From NCBI GenBank assembly GCA_965649765.1, contig OZ287758.1, forward strand, positions 20,894,001-20,958,000: a stretch of 64,000 nt of DNA. The letters are read 5' to 3'. Numbering within the stretch: the first letter of the stretch is position 1; every line of letters begins with the position of its first letter. The notes below the pieces were generated by a model. The model did not search any database. It was not told the origin of the DNA and saw only the letters and a program-made list of their open reading frames with translations. Origin of the DNA: Bispira polyomma. Lineage: Eukaryota. Position numbers and translations under genes: made by a program. Of this stretch, positions 30,101 to 40,593 are shown one piece after another.

Positions 30101-32985
30101 TAAAGTAGTAATAAAAATGATAGTATAATGTAGATTTTAGAACATTTATTGCCGCTTTCTCCTTTGACTATTTCCTTAATTTTCATCATTTTGCATTTCC
30201 AACATTTTATGAACTGGATTTATTCGTACAAATCATTTTTGAGATTGCAAGTAACTTAACCCGAATCAAGGCAAGCAAGAGGTCTCTATTAACCTGGTAA
30301 CTGTCCAAGACAGCCATTAAATACTAAGATATTTGTTATTACAAAACTTCTGAAAAAAATCACTACATAATTATAGACAAACATTACATTATCCAATACA
30401 TAATTTCAGGGCTGACCATTACAAAATTGCCTGCCATTTCCTGTATTAATGATGACATATGGTTTATGCTGTTCTTTTTCCAATAGTATGCAACTGTTAC
30501 CGTCAGTTAAATATCAGAGAATTATCAATGTAATCAGTAGTCCTGATGATCAATGAGTGTGGATGCCATAGAAAAGATTTGCTGTATTTCCCGCATATAA
30601 ACTGTGAATTGTGGAGATCCGACTGTGTAATTAGCACTGCATTCTGGAGAATCCAGAGGTGCTCTTCACAAAAAAAATCTCAGTCTTAACTTAGTTTTAA
30701 ACATCAAATTTTGTTTAACACAATTAAGACTGTCATGTGTTAGTCCTTATGTTAAGAACTCTGTTAACACTAAGCTATAATGACACTAGGACTAAGACAA
30801 AAATCCTAAATTGTTTGGCCAAAAAGTGTTTTCTTATAGAAAGGTTGTGTAACTATCTCAGACATAATTTCAAAGCTTTGTAATTATGTCAGACTTAATC
30901 TCAAAGCGCTGTAACTATGTGAGACTTCATCTTGACGCTTTTATTGCTGGGTATTATAAGGTATAAATAATGAACAGTTGTAAGGACATGAGTTCATTAC
31001 TAAAACACTTATCAAAGGATGATAAAGTGTCTAAACTAATTATTTCCATTTTAACTATTGTAAACTCCAGATGTGATACTGGTATGTTCTGTTGTAGGCA
31101 GATACTTGGGAACTTTGGAGAATGACAAATAGGTTCCACAAGTTCGGTTGTGATTTATTGTATGCTGATCACAGATGTATTGTTTGGGAGTAAAGAGAAG
31201 ACTGCATTCCACCACATTATGTACACCAACGTCAAGACGCACAATACAAATATGTTATATGTAAGTCCATAAAGATTAAATCTACCCTAGAATATGTCAT
31301 TTGTAATCAAATATAATGAACAATTTATTTTAGTCAAAGAAGACGAGGATCCACTTATTACAATTCGACTAAAATGTTTCTATTTCTACCAACACATAGT
31401 ACCTCATTTGTCTCAATGCTTCACCCAGTTTCTTGTTTTTAGATGTCTTTAATAGAGTACACTTCGTTTGTTCACACATTTACTAATAGATTGTTCACAC
31501 ATTACTAATAGATTGCTGTGAGAACTTCCAGTTAAGCTAAGGCTTTTCTACTGTGCAATGTCTGACACATATACTGATACATATTGACATTTGATAATCT
31601 GTATGGCTGGATCCATTAACACATATACTCATCCTGTTTTGGTTCTCCCAATAAAAAAGTTAAAAAGTAAATGATTTTAAGTGATACATTTGTCATACTA
31701 ACCGTGTCAATTAACTATTTTCAAAGCCAGAATTTTACCGAGAGGTTGCTAAAGGAGCTTTGGTTTCATTCCTTTATAATGTTCCCCTGACAACAAACAT
31801 ATCCTCCACATATACTCACCTTAAAGTCTCTGCCTATTGCGGGTAAGGTCCTCACACATCACTCTCCACACAATAACTGACTCTCCTCACAGCTTGAAAC
31901 ATGACAAACAATTACATGCCATCCATTTCAATAAACCGGGGTGTATATTACATCCACTCACACACATATACATCGATAGAAATATCTGTACCACTGTGTA
32001 TATACTTTCCCATGCTCCAAGCAAGATCTATCCATTGAAACTTCTTATCCAAGAAGTGTGTATTCACATTAAAATAAATGATTGCTATCACTTATGGTTT
32101 TTCAAAGTTTGATTTTTAAATTGCATGCAGGAATAATCTTCAGACTGCATAAATAACCAAGACTTATCTCAGCTGAAGCTAGATAGTAAGTGAACATATA
32201 CAAAAATATGAGTAAAAGCCTTCTAAACCTGTCCAAAGCAGCTGTCTGACCAAATAAAACTCTAGCCTAAATAGGGCCAACAAGTTAAGGTGCAAATAAT
32301 TCATGTTTGATTAATCAGTTCTGCTCTAACTCTTTTCACCATGCAGCTTTATCTCCAAGTGACTTTCAGACTTCTTGAACTGGACTATATTAGATGATGG
32401 TCCATTTTAATGTTCTCCAAATGTAAAATATTAAACAAAACTGGGCCGTAACAAGGTTAGTAAAAACATTCCAGAAAGGCATGTATCTGGCTGTTAACAA
32501 TGCCATTTTGACAGACGTATTACGTGTTACATAGGATATGTATACATTACTGTATTTTTTTTTTCCTTGAGTAATTGTATGCTGAAATAGCAAATGTACA
32601 ACAAAATTGGTTTGTGTAAACTTAAGGCTATCTAATTATCTTTATTTTGCATATTCGTGGTTGCTTATACCATAAATAGTGAAACCAAATAAAGGGATAT
32701 ATAGGCAGGTTTATTTAGTTGTACATTAGATTCTTTATATTATTGTTTATCCTACTAATTTTGAAAATATAAGATATCACCAGCAATACATTATACATTA
32801 AATATATTGTCAGTCAAATCACAAAATATTCTATAATTGTAAATTTTGACAGAAAAGACTAAATGGACTTTACATACATACGATCGACACAATAATTTAC
32901 CTTAAGTATATCAGTAAGCTTACACCAAAAACATTAATGCTTTATTACCAAGGACCAGTCTGTTATTCCTAGATTACCTTTGTTC

Positions 32986-33177
32986 ACAGCCGAATGAAAT
33001 GAGTTTGAGGTCAAGGTCATAAGATGGTAGTTTGACCTTGTGTGTGAGGTTTTGAAAGGTAAGAGGTCAGATGTGGTTTGGGATATTTATTTATAAATCT
33101 TTAGTTTATAAATGATTAGCTTCTATGTACAACTATACAGAAAATTTTAGATAAGAACTCAAATTTTAACACGCCAA
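32986..33177 (-). repeat. Terminal repeat B2
   Basis: acagccgaatgaaatgagtttgaggtcaaggtcataagatggtagtttgaccttgtgtgtga is identical to the sequence from 33903; ttttagataagaact.aaattttaaca.gccaa is also shared; B2 has about 95 extra internal nt. Confidence 0.9.
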
Positions 33178-33245
33178 TAAGCAAGTAAAGGGTTTAAAAA
33201 CCCAACACATAAGATAAAATATAAGAGTAAGGTAACTCATAAACA

Positions 33246-33535
33246 AAGCAACATGGTAAATATAACCAATGATGACTAAGAATAAAATGCTAGAAGCAAT
33301 ATGGTAAGTATAACCAATCATAGCTAAAAATAGGAAAATAAAGCAATATGGTAAATATAACCAATGATAACTACAAAATAAAATAACATGCTAGTACAGC
33401 AATATGGTAAATATAACCAGTGATAACTACAATTAAAATGCTACTGTAGCAATATGGTAAATATAACCAATCATAGCTAAACATAAAAGATAAAGCAATA
33501 TGGTAAAAAATAACCAATCATAGCTTAAACAATTT
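33246..33535. repeat. Minisatellite between A2 and B2, 6 units of 45-57 nt
   Basis: Conserved agcaatatggtaaatataaccaat core at about 33247, 33295, 33342, 33398, 33448 and 33494, with A-rich variable linkers. Confidence 0.9.
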
Positions 33536-33625
33536 AAAAGAATTAAAGCCCTAAGGCAAAGAAGTGAGTGTTAAACCCATAATCCTTAGATATACTACAA
33601 ATATGTACAAGGGAGGAGGGTTGGG

Positions 33626-33902
33626 AGATTTTTGATGTTGTTAGTTTGATTTCTGACTTAATAATGAGCTTATCATAGAAAGGGCGCAAAAGCGCTGGAG
33701 AGAGTAAGAAAGATTTGTCTTCTGACTTATCAGTGAGATTATAAGAAAGGCGGGAAACGCCGAGGAGAGTGGAGGTGTTATCTGAATGCAGCATTGGGGA
33801 GAGAAGTGATTGTGATAAGCAAGTAGTTTTGAAAATAGAAGTACAGTAAAGTATAGCATTTCCGTGGCTGACTAGCCATGCTACTTCGTGGCAGTGACGA
33901 AG
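33626..33902 (-). repeat. Internal repeat A2
   Basis: About 277-nt direct copy of 40316-40593 with about 9 substitutions. Confidence 0.95.
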
Positions 33903-34000
33903 ACAGCCGAATGAAATGAGTTTGAGGTCAAGGTCATAAGATGGTAGTTTGACCTTGTGTGTGAAAGTTTTAGATAAGAACTAAAATTTTAACATGCCAA
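33903..34000 (-). repeat. Internal repeat B1, directly fused to A2
   Basis: Copy of B2 that abuts A2 at gcagtgacgaag|acagccgaatg. Confidence 0.9.
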
Positions 34001-34007
34001 AGCCAAA

Positions 34008-34987
34008 CTAAAATTTGGAAGAGACAATAGAAGCAAAGGTGGTAGGGATGATAGAAGAAGCATGAGAAGTATTTTTTAAGTAAGTCCACACTGCATCTGA
34101 CTTCCAGCACCCATGTTTTTGTATGTGCTGGAGTTTTATGTTGGAATTAAAGGCTAAGGAGGCGCCAGAGCGCCTGAAACAATGAAAAGAATGACCTTCA
34201 GTGGGAATGTTTAGCTGATTAAGGATCAGTTTTAATATAGATCTTAACTTGTTGTCAGTTAAGCAAAGACCTGTGTTTGAAGGATTTGCTAAAAGAGGAT
34301 CCATGGGTCCAAGTGGATATTTTTGAAAAAGGGACTTTGCAGCCCTAACAGGACACAGCCAAGAATTGCTGATTGAAGGTAATTGTATGATATCAGGAGA
34401 AGTCCTAGCTTGATTTGTTTTGGACCATTTTAAAATTAAGTGAATACCAGGAGGAGCAAATAAGATATCTGGCCTTGTGAGATGTCTAGTGGGGTTAAAG
34501 GGGGTACCTGAAGAGGGGGTCAAATTTGATATTCGTAAGAAACCAAAAAAGACAAACAGAAAAGCTGTCCTAAATAACTCAGGATACTGAAGTTGCTCAC
34601 ATGCTTGAGAGATTTGTAGGAGCTGAGTTAAGTCAAAAACCCCTTTGACCTTGGATGTATACTTGGAAGTGATCTCTAAGGATCTGGTGTATAGAGGTAA
34701 TCTGGGATCATAAAGCCCAGTGTTCTGAATGTTCAGCACTTTGGTTTGGTGTCTTAATGCTGAGAGGTAATTTGTGACGACTTTGTGAGAAATTCCTGAT
34801 TGAGTCAAGAATTCAAAGAAAGCTATGATACTGTTGAAACTAAAAGTCTGTTTTAAGTCATAATAAACTGTGAAATTCAGAAACAATCGAAACTGGTTGT
34901 CATACTGTTTCTGTGTTCTTGGTCTGTGACTCTGTTCTAAACGTCTAAAGGCGTCTTGTACCAGTAAAGTGGCAGGTAAGGGAGTGT
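34008..34987 (-). CDS. Tyrosine recombinase of the Ngaro-like element (open frame, no own ATG)
   Basis: Catalytic motifs FFGFLRISNL (R), SKT (K), HCFRRSGAS (HxxR) and HGCWKSDAVWTY (W,Y); the frame stays open for 33 codons upstream of the TTG at 34886, back to an acceptor-like tttcag. Confidence 0.9.
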
Positions 34988-34993
34988 CTGAAA

Positions 34994-37584
34994 TTATATA
35001 TAACTGTCAAGGGTAAATAAGTCAATTGGGACGTCATACATGATGAAGTTGCCCGTAATAATATTTTTTACACAATCAGCATGATGCATTGATTCATACC
35101 ACCGAGATAACGCATCTGCGATTATATTGTCTTTACCTGGAATATAACTGATATTTAAGTCAATATTTTTGGTAGCACAGATTTGCCATATATTTCGGAG
35201 GCATAGCCCGAGATAATCATCTCTGGTTTTAGAAAACTGCACAACAGCCACCAGAGCCATGTTGTCAGATTGTATCTTAATTGTTTTGTTTTCCCAGTCA
35301 ACCTGTAATAAAATGCCATTATCTTGGTTTAAGTAGCTGTACTTGCAAGTACCATGGAACTGCTTTAGAAAAAGCAGGAACCACTGTAAGTCTTTATGAA
35401 ATTCACCGTTTAGAATGATAATTTTACGACTTGTAGACTGATGTAGTAAAGCAAGCATTCTGTTCATAAAAATCCGAGATGGTTTGATACAGCGATGTGT
35501 ATACAGTAGCTTGCCGAGTAATGACTGGTACTTCTGTTTCCGAACTTTCCCCAGGTATTTGAACTCCAGGCAAGTATTGTGAATTGAATTGAATTTTTCT
35601 TCATCTATACTGAGGGTTCCTTGTTGGATGTCTATAACAATGCCCATACATGTGACTCGCTTGCTGGGAGGTACTAACTTACTGGGGTTAATAGGAAGAC
35701 CTAAGTCTGTTAGTATTTGTTGTAAAGTTTCGTAGGCTAAGGTGGCCTTATCTTCGTGTTCTATGAGTAAAACATCGTCTATATAATTCATAACTGTGAA
35801 ACCTTTTTGTTTCATGATGTAAGTAGCACAATCTGAGGTCATCATAAAAGCAGCAGTACCATGAGTGAGACCAAAAGTCAAACTTAAGTCAATAAAACAC
35901 TGCTCTTTCCATATATAACCCAGCTTCAAACAGTCATAAAGATCTATTCTTAGGTTCCTAAATGCGTGCGCAACGTCCACCGTCCTATGTCCATAATTTT
36001 GTGAGTTATTTGGTCAATGGTGGGTAATTTCAAAGTGAAGTTGATTGTGTCGTACTTTGACTTAATGGTGCAGTCATTTACAGAGTAGCCTGCTGGGTGA
36101 GAAAGATTTAATATAAGACGGCACTTGTCAGTGTCTTTAGGTACAGTCAAAAGTGGAGAGCAGTGTATATCAGGGTGAAGGTCAGAAGTAGCTGAGCCCA
36201 CTAAGGTGCCTCGTTCGAGTTATGTGACAAAATATCTGTCCACAGCTTCTGGAAAAGTTCTTGCTGAGTAATGGTTCTTAACATTTTTGACTGTCAGTCT
36301 ATCTCTATCATACAATGAAATTGGAAAACCAAATTCAATATATTGTAATATGATGTTGTCAGGATATTCTGTCAGGTATTTCTTTCAATTTTCCACTTTG
36401 AGGTTACTCTTAAGTGGTATTCTGGCTTGTTTATAGTTGGGAAATCCAGAGTTCTTAACAATGTCTGCGATCTCAATGAGTTTTTCATAAGAATTTATAA
36501 GAACTTCTTGTCTGTCTGGGCCCACAAATTTAAAACTGTTCTGTCTGTGTGGTATGAAACCATAAGCTCTGTCCCTAGAAATAAGAAAGGATTCATGTTT
36601 GACATTGTCCACATTAGTGTCTGATGATTGAAGTGGTAAAATGTCATTAATCATGACGTCTTTATTATGCACAAATGTAGGTTTTTGAATAATAGAATCT
36701 TCATTGTGCACTAATATAGGTTTTTGTATCATAGAAGTTTCATTATGCACTAATGTAGGTTTTTGAATCATAGAAGTATCATTGTACACTAATATAGGTT
36801 TTTGAATCCTAGAAGTTTCATTATGCACTAATGTAAGTTTTTGAATCATAGAGGTTTCATTATGCACTAATATAGGTATTTGACTCATGACCTTGTCATT
36901 ATGCACTAGTGCATTACCTTGATTAATTTGATGCTCAAGGGGTAAGTGGGCTTGATGGTTACAATCTGAATTGCTCTGGTGTTGAAAATTTGATTTGCAA
37001 ATCTTGTCAATGATATCTGTATAATAGAAAGTTTGTCCAATTTTTGTGTGTGTATGTGCCACATTATGTTTTGCACGATTTTTTGACTGATTTAGTTGAG
37101 TGTGATGTAGTGTTGTGGCACAACTGGTGTTCACATAGGATAATGGCTATATGTGATCCAGTGTATAGGGGGTTTGTTGTAAGTACCACATATTTTGGCC
37201 ATAAGTCCATTTGTATACACCTGAAATACATGACTCATCATGACAAACGATATAGCAATGAGTTAGACAATCAGACCTAAAATTACTGGTGCTAATATAA
37301 ACATCTACTGTATGAAAGACAGCTGATGGTTTTTGACCATTATTATCACACTGAAAAGAGTTCATAACGTTCAATTTAACAGGCAATTCTTGCCTACATA
37401 AGTCATTAAGGGAAACACTGCCAGGTAATGCTTGAGATGTCTTACTGGCATCACTATAACTCAATTGAGTAATTGACTCGTTGAGTTGACAACTAAAATT
37501 ATTTATGAAATCATTCTTAAAACTGTTTTTCTTACAAATTTGCTTATTAGTACTACTGGTTAAATCACAACTTCCTGTCAGCAC
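34994..37584 (-). pseudogene. pol (RT + RNase H) of the Ngaro-like element, disrupted
   Basis: SPLLTVPK..RLILNLSHP.G.SVN, DVAHAFRNL, LTFGL, NYIDD, QSDN and PGKDNIIADALSR motifs are spread over four ORF pieces separated by stops, frameshifts and deletions. Confidence 0.9.
36650..36915 (-). repeat. In-frame 39-nt (13-aa) coding repeat x ~7 in the pol N-terminal region
   Basis: LVHNETSMIQKP(T/I) units in ORF 36385-37134. Confidence 0.9.
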
Positions 37585-37656
37585 ACAATGGTTAATAACG
37601 ACATCAGAAGTGGACTTAAGGTGAGTAGCTGTGGTGTCTGCTGGCAGTTTGCGTCC

Positions 37657-38264
37657 CTATTGAGGGGCGTTCGCGGGCGCATTTGGGCGTCCGTGTAACT
37701 TGAAACATTTTGACTCGGGGTGTGGGTTCATTCTCTTGTTGAGTCGGAAACAGTTGGCACAGATATGTCAGAATGTAATGTTATCGCCCTCATGATCTTT
37801 CTGGTGTTGGCAGTCAATTTTTGGTAACGCCTGCAATTCATTTCATTTTTGTTTGAAGATGAAGCAGAAAACGAACTGGTCGAAGGTGTGGTAGTACTGG
37901 ATATGAGGGCTTGAGAATAAGAAAGCTGATTCATATTCCATTTTGTGTCATTGATCCAACTCAAACAGCCCTCTTCAATACCATGCATATTACTGGCATA
38001 TGCTCCACGAGCGATCTCCCAAGAGATGTTGGAGGCATCTTTGAGGGTGTCTGCTAGTGAAATATCAGGATTCTTAACCTCAAGAGTATTTTGGATCTGG
38101 CCAGCAGCGAACTGTGAGACTGACAATTCATCAAAAGATACACACTTTTTGTTAACACCAGATAAGCAGGCCTCGTTCGGCCACCGCTTCATGGGGTCAG
38201 ATACACATAATTCAGAGGTATTATAGCGCCCAGATTTTCGCTTGGTAGTGAGCTTACCTTGAAT
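37657..38264 (-). pseudogene. gag C-terminal half of the Ngaro-like element
   Basis: IQGKLTTKRKSGRY..WPNE..FDELSVSQFAAG; after a frameshift near 37820 comes a Cys/His-rich tail (DCQHQKDH..HICANCF..HPESKC) with one in-frame stop. Confidence 0.75.
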
Positions 38265-39435
38265 GCTCTCATGCTCTCATGATATCAATCTTGCACTGGA
38301 CCGCAACGACACAGTGGCCCTCACCCTTCTGGATCTCTCAGCTGCATTCGACACTATTGATCATGTCCTGCTCTGCGACACTCTCAAGCAGTGGTTTGGT
38401 ATAAATGGCAGTGTCCTTAAATGGATCAGATCCTACCTTACTCTTAGGGCACAAAGAATTAAATTAGATGATCACCTATCATCTTCCATAAAACTTCCAT
38501 ATGGAGTACCCCAGGGATCCGTCCTTGGTCTACTTTTCACCCTTTATACACATCCTCTCAGCACTGTCATCAATAAACACAATATAAAACACCACATGTA
38601 TGCAGACGACATTCAAGTCTATTTCTCCCTCAATCCACAAAACGCAGATACTAACATAGACCTACTTGCAGACTGTCTGTCTGATGTCCAGGCGTGGATG
38701 AACTACTCCAAACTAAAGCTTAACCCTGACAAAACAGAATTCATCCTCATAGGAAACAAGAAAAACAGTGAACTCCTAAAATCTTTGTTTCCCATCTCCC
38801 TGCTGGGAAAAGACATACTACCTTCCGAAAATGCTAAAAACCTGGGTGTCACTTTTGATTCAGCTTTTTCGTTCGATACTTATGTTGCCAACATCTGTCA
38901 CTCCTGCTATTACCACATACGTGACATCAAAAGAATCAGAAACCACTTGTCGATGGACACAGCGATAACTGTGGCAAATGCCCTTGTAAGTAGCCGCCTC
39001 GACTACTGCAATTCTCTCTTGTACGAAGCAAATAAGTCAAACATTAAAAAGCTCCAGTCCATCCAAAACTACCTATGTAGGGTCATTTTTCGCCTGGGTT
39101 GTCGCACAGACGTCACTCCTTACCTCAAAAAATTACACTGGTTGCCCATTAAATCTCGAATTTTGTATAAAATTCACGTTACTACTTTTAAGGCTGTAAT
39201 CACTCAACAGCCACCCTACCTTGCCTCCCTTCTTTCCTTCAGTAACCGCAAGAGAGGCAACAGACTCTCTGTCACTTCGGTCAGACCAATCAGAAAGGTG
39301 GGTTTCAGAGCGTTCTCCACCGCAGCTCCACGGTTATGGAACAGTCTCCCAGTTGACCTCAGATCAGTTGACACACTTATCGGTTTTAGGAAAAAGCTTA
39401 AAACCTATCTTTTTAATCTTGCCTACCCACCTTAG
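38263..39435 (+). CDS. L2 reverse transcriptase, C-terminal 390 aa (truncated ORF2)
   Basis: LDLSAAFDTIDH, GVPQGSVLG, YADD, LKLNPDKTE, SRLDYCNSL, LHWLPI, WNSLP and FRKKLKTYLF; no stops; the P of GSVLGP is missing. Confidence 0.9.
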   Translation: MLSCSHDINLALDRNDTVALTLLDLSAAFDTIDHVLLCDTLKQWFGINGSVLKWIRSYLTLRAQRIKLDDHLSSSIKLPYGVPQGSVLGLLFTLYTHPLSTVINKHNIKHHMYADDIQVYFSLNPQNADTNIDLLADCLSDVQAWMNYSKLKLNPDKTEFILIGNKKNSELLKSLFPISLLGKDILPSENAKNLGVTFDSAFSFDTYVANICHSCYYHIRDIKRIRNHLSMDTAITVANALVSSRLDYCNSLLYEANKSNIKKLQSIQNYLCRVIFRLGCRTDVTPYLKKLHWLPIKSRILYKIHVTTFKAVITQQPPYLASLLSFSNRKRGNRLSVTSVRPIRKVGFRAFSTAAPRLWNSLPVDLRSVDTLIGFRKKLKTYLFNLAYPP

Positions 39436-39585
39436 CTTTCCTCGTGCACGCTCCCACTTCCTTCCTTACGACTCTGCAATTTCCATGGACTTAATGATTG
39501 GACTAATGATTCTGCTGTTGTGCTTTAGAAGATGCCTAGCATCAATAAAGCGCGTTAAAAATCTATAATCTAATCTAATCTAATC
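38265..39585 (+). mobile_element. 5'-truncated L2-clade LINE inserted into gag
   Basis: RT ORF followed by a ~130-nt 3' UTR and a (taatc)4 tail; removing 38265-39585 restores the gag frame (ACA|ATT CAA GGT AAG). Confidence 0.9.
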
Positions 39586-40158
39586 TGTGGCCCAGGCTTC
39601 ATATCTCGATAGTTGTTTGGAGACCTCGTTCTGTATGAGGGACGACTGCTTCAGCACTTCGGGAGTCGGGAGAATGGTATCTTTGAGAGCATGTTGAGTG
39701 GCTTCGTGATCATACCGGCTCTGTGAACTAGTGAGGTGACGTGAAGGAGAATCATGAGTCGCGAACGCGCTGGCAGTGTGATCTCTCTGACCGTCATGAA
39801 GTCCTAGTGAAGTGTGAGGATCTCGGGGTGCGTTATGAGGCGACACACGGTTGGTCTCTATCTTTCCAAATTTGAGATCTGAGACGTCTTCTTGTAGCTT
39901 GGAGACTGTAGATAACAGGGTTTCCATCATATTCTGCTGTGTGGAGTATGCCTCACGATAGAATTTTTCACTGCTAACTTGGCCACTTGCTTCAGAAACA
40001 CTGCTTTGATCATCACTATCAAAGCTAGGCTGGAGAAGATCATCATCTCTTGTGTCTGCGGTTCGTTTGCAGCGATTTCCTACTGGTCGTGTGTGGAAGA
40101 TTTCACATCTAGTACATGAGGCTGTTTCAATAGAGTTTTTCTTTTTTCCTCTACCCAT
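39586..40158 (-). CDS. gag N-terminal half (CCHC zinc-knuckle-like), interrupted by L2
   Basis: ATG at 40158 gives MGRGKKK..CTRCEIFHTRPVGNRC (Cx2Cx3Hx7C); 191 codons are open up to the LINE tail. Confidence 0.75.
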
Positions 40159-40315
40159 TTTTAAGTAATATCCACACAAATTAACTTAAAAGATGCACAA
40201 TATTATCCTCTGTGTGAAACTTGTTGTAATTTTGTAAAATAATAAACACTTAAGCAGGCAATTGGATTTTTAGTGATAATGTATAAAAATTTCCAATATG
40301 GCCGCTGATATCTTA

Positions 40316-40593
40316 AGATTTTTGATGTTGTTAGTTTGATTTCTGACTTAATAATGAGCTTATCATAGAAAGGACGCAAAAGCGCTGGAGAGAGTAAGAG
40401 AGATTTGTCTTCTGACTTATCAGTGAGAATATAAGAAAGGCGGGAAACGCCGAGGAGAGTGGAGGTGTTATCTGAATGCAACATTGGGGTGAGAAGTGAC
40501 TGTGATAAGCAAGTAGTTTTGAAAATAGAAATACAGTAAAGTATAGCATTTCCATGGCTGACTAGCCATGCTACTTCGTGGCAGTGACAAAGA
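40316..40593 (-). repeat. Terminal repeat A1 (5' end of the element)
   Basis: Direct copy of 33626-33902. Confidence 0.95.

Larger units (their letters stand above)
32986..40593 (-). mobile_element. Full-length decayed Ngaro-like (DIRS order) tyrosine-recombinase retrotransposon
   Basis: Gene order gag - RT/RNase H - YR on the minus strand; split direct repeats A1...B1A2..B2; no methyltransferase domain seen after RNase H; no target-site duplication visible. Confidence 0.92.

Noticed and set aside
33246-33535. CRISPR array
   Set aside because: Eukaryotic context, no cas genes, and the linkers are related to one another; treated as a minisatellite
33543-33859. Duplicated small ORFs (also 40203-40555)
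   Set aside because: They fall inside terminal repeats A2 and A1; the duplication reflects the repeat, with no coding evidence
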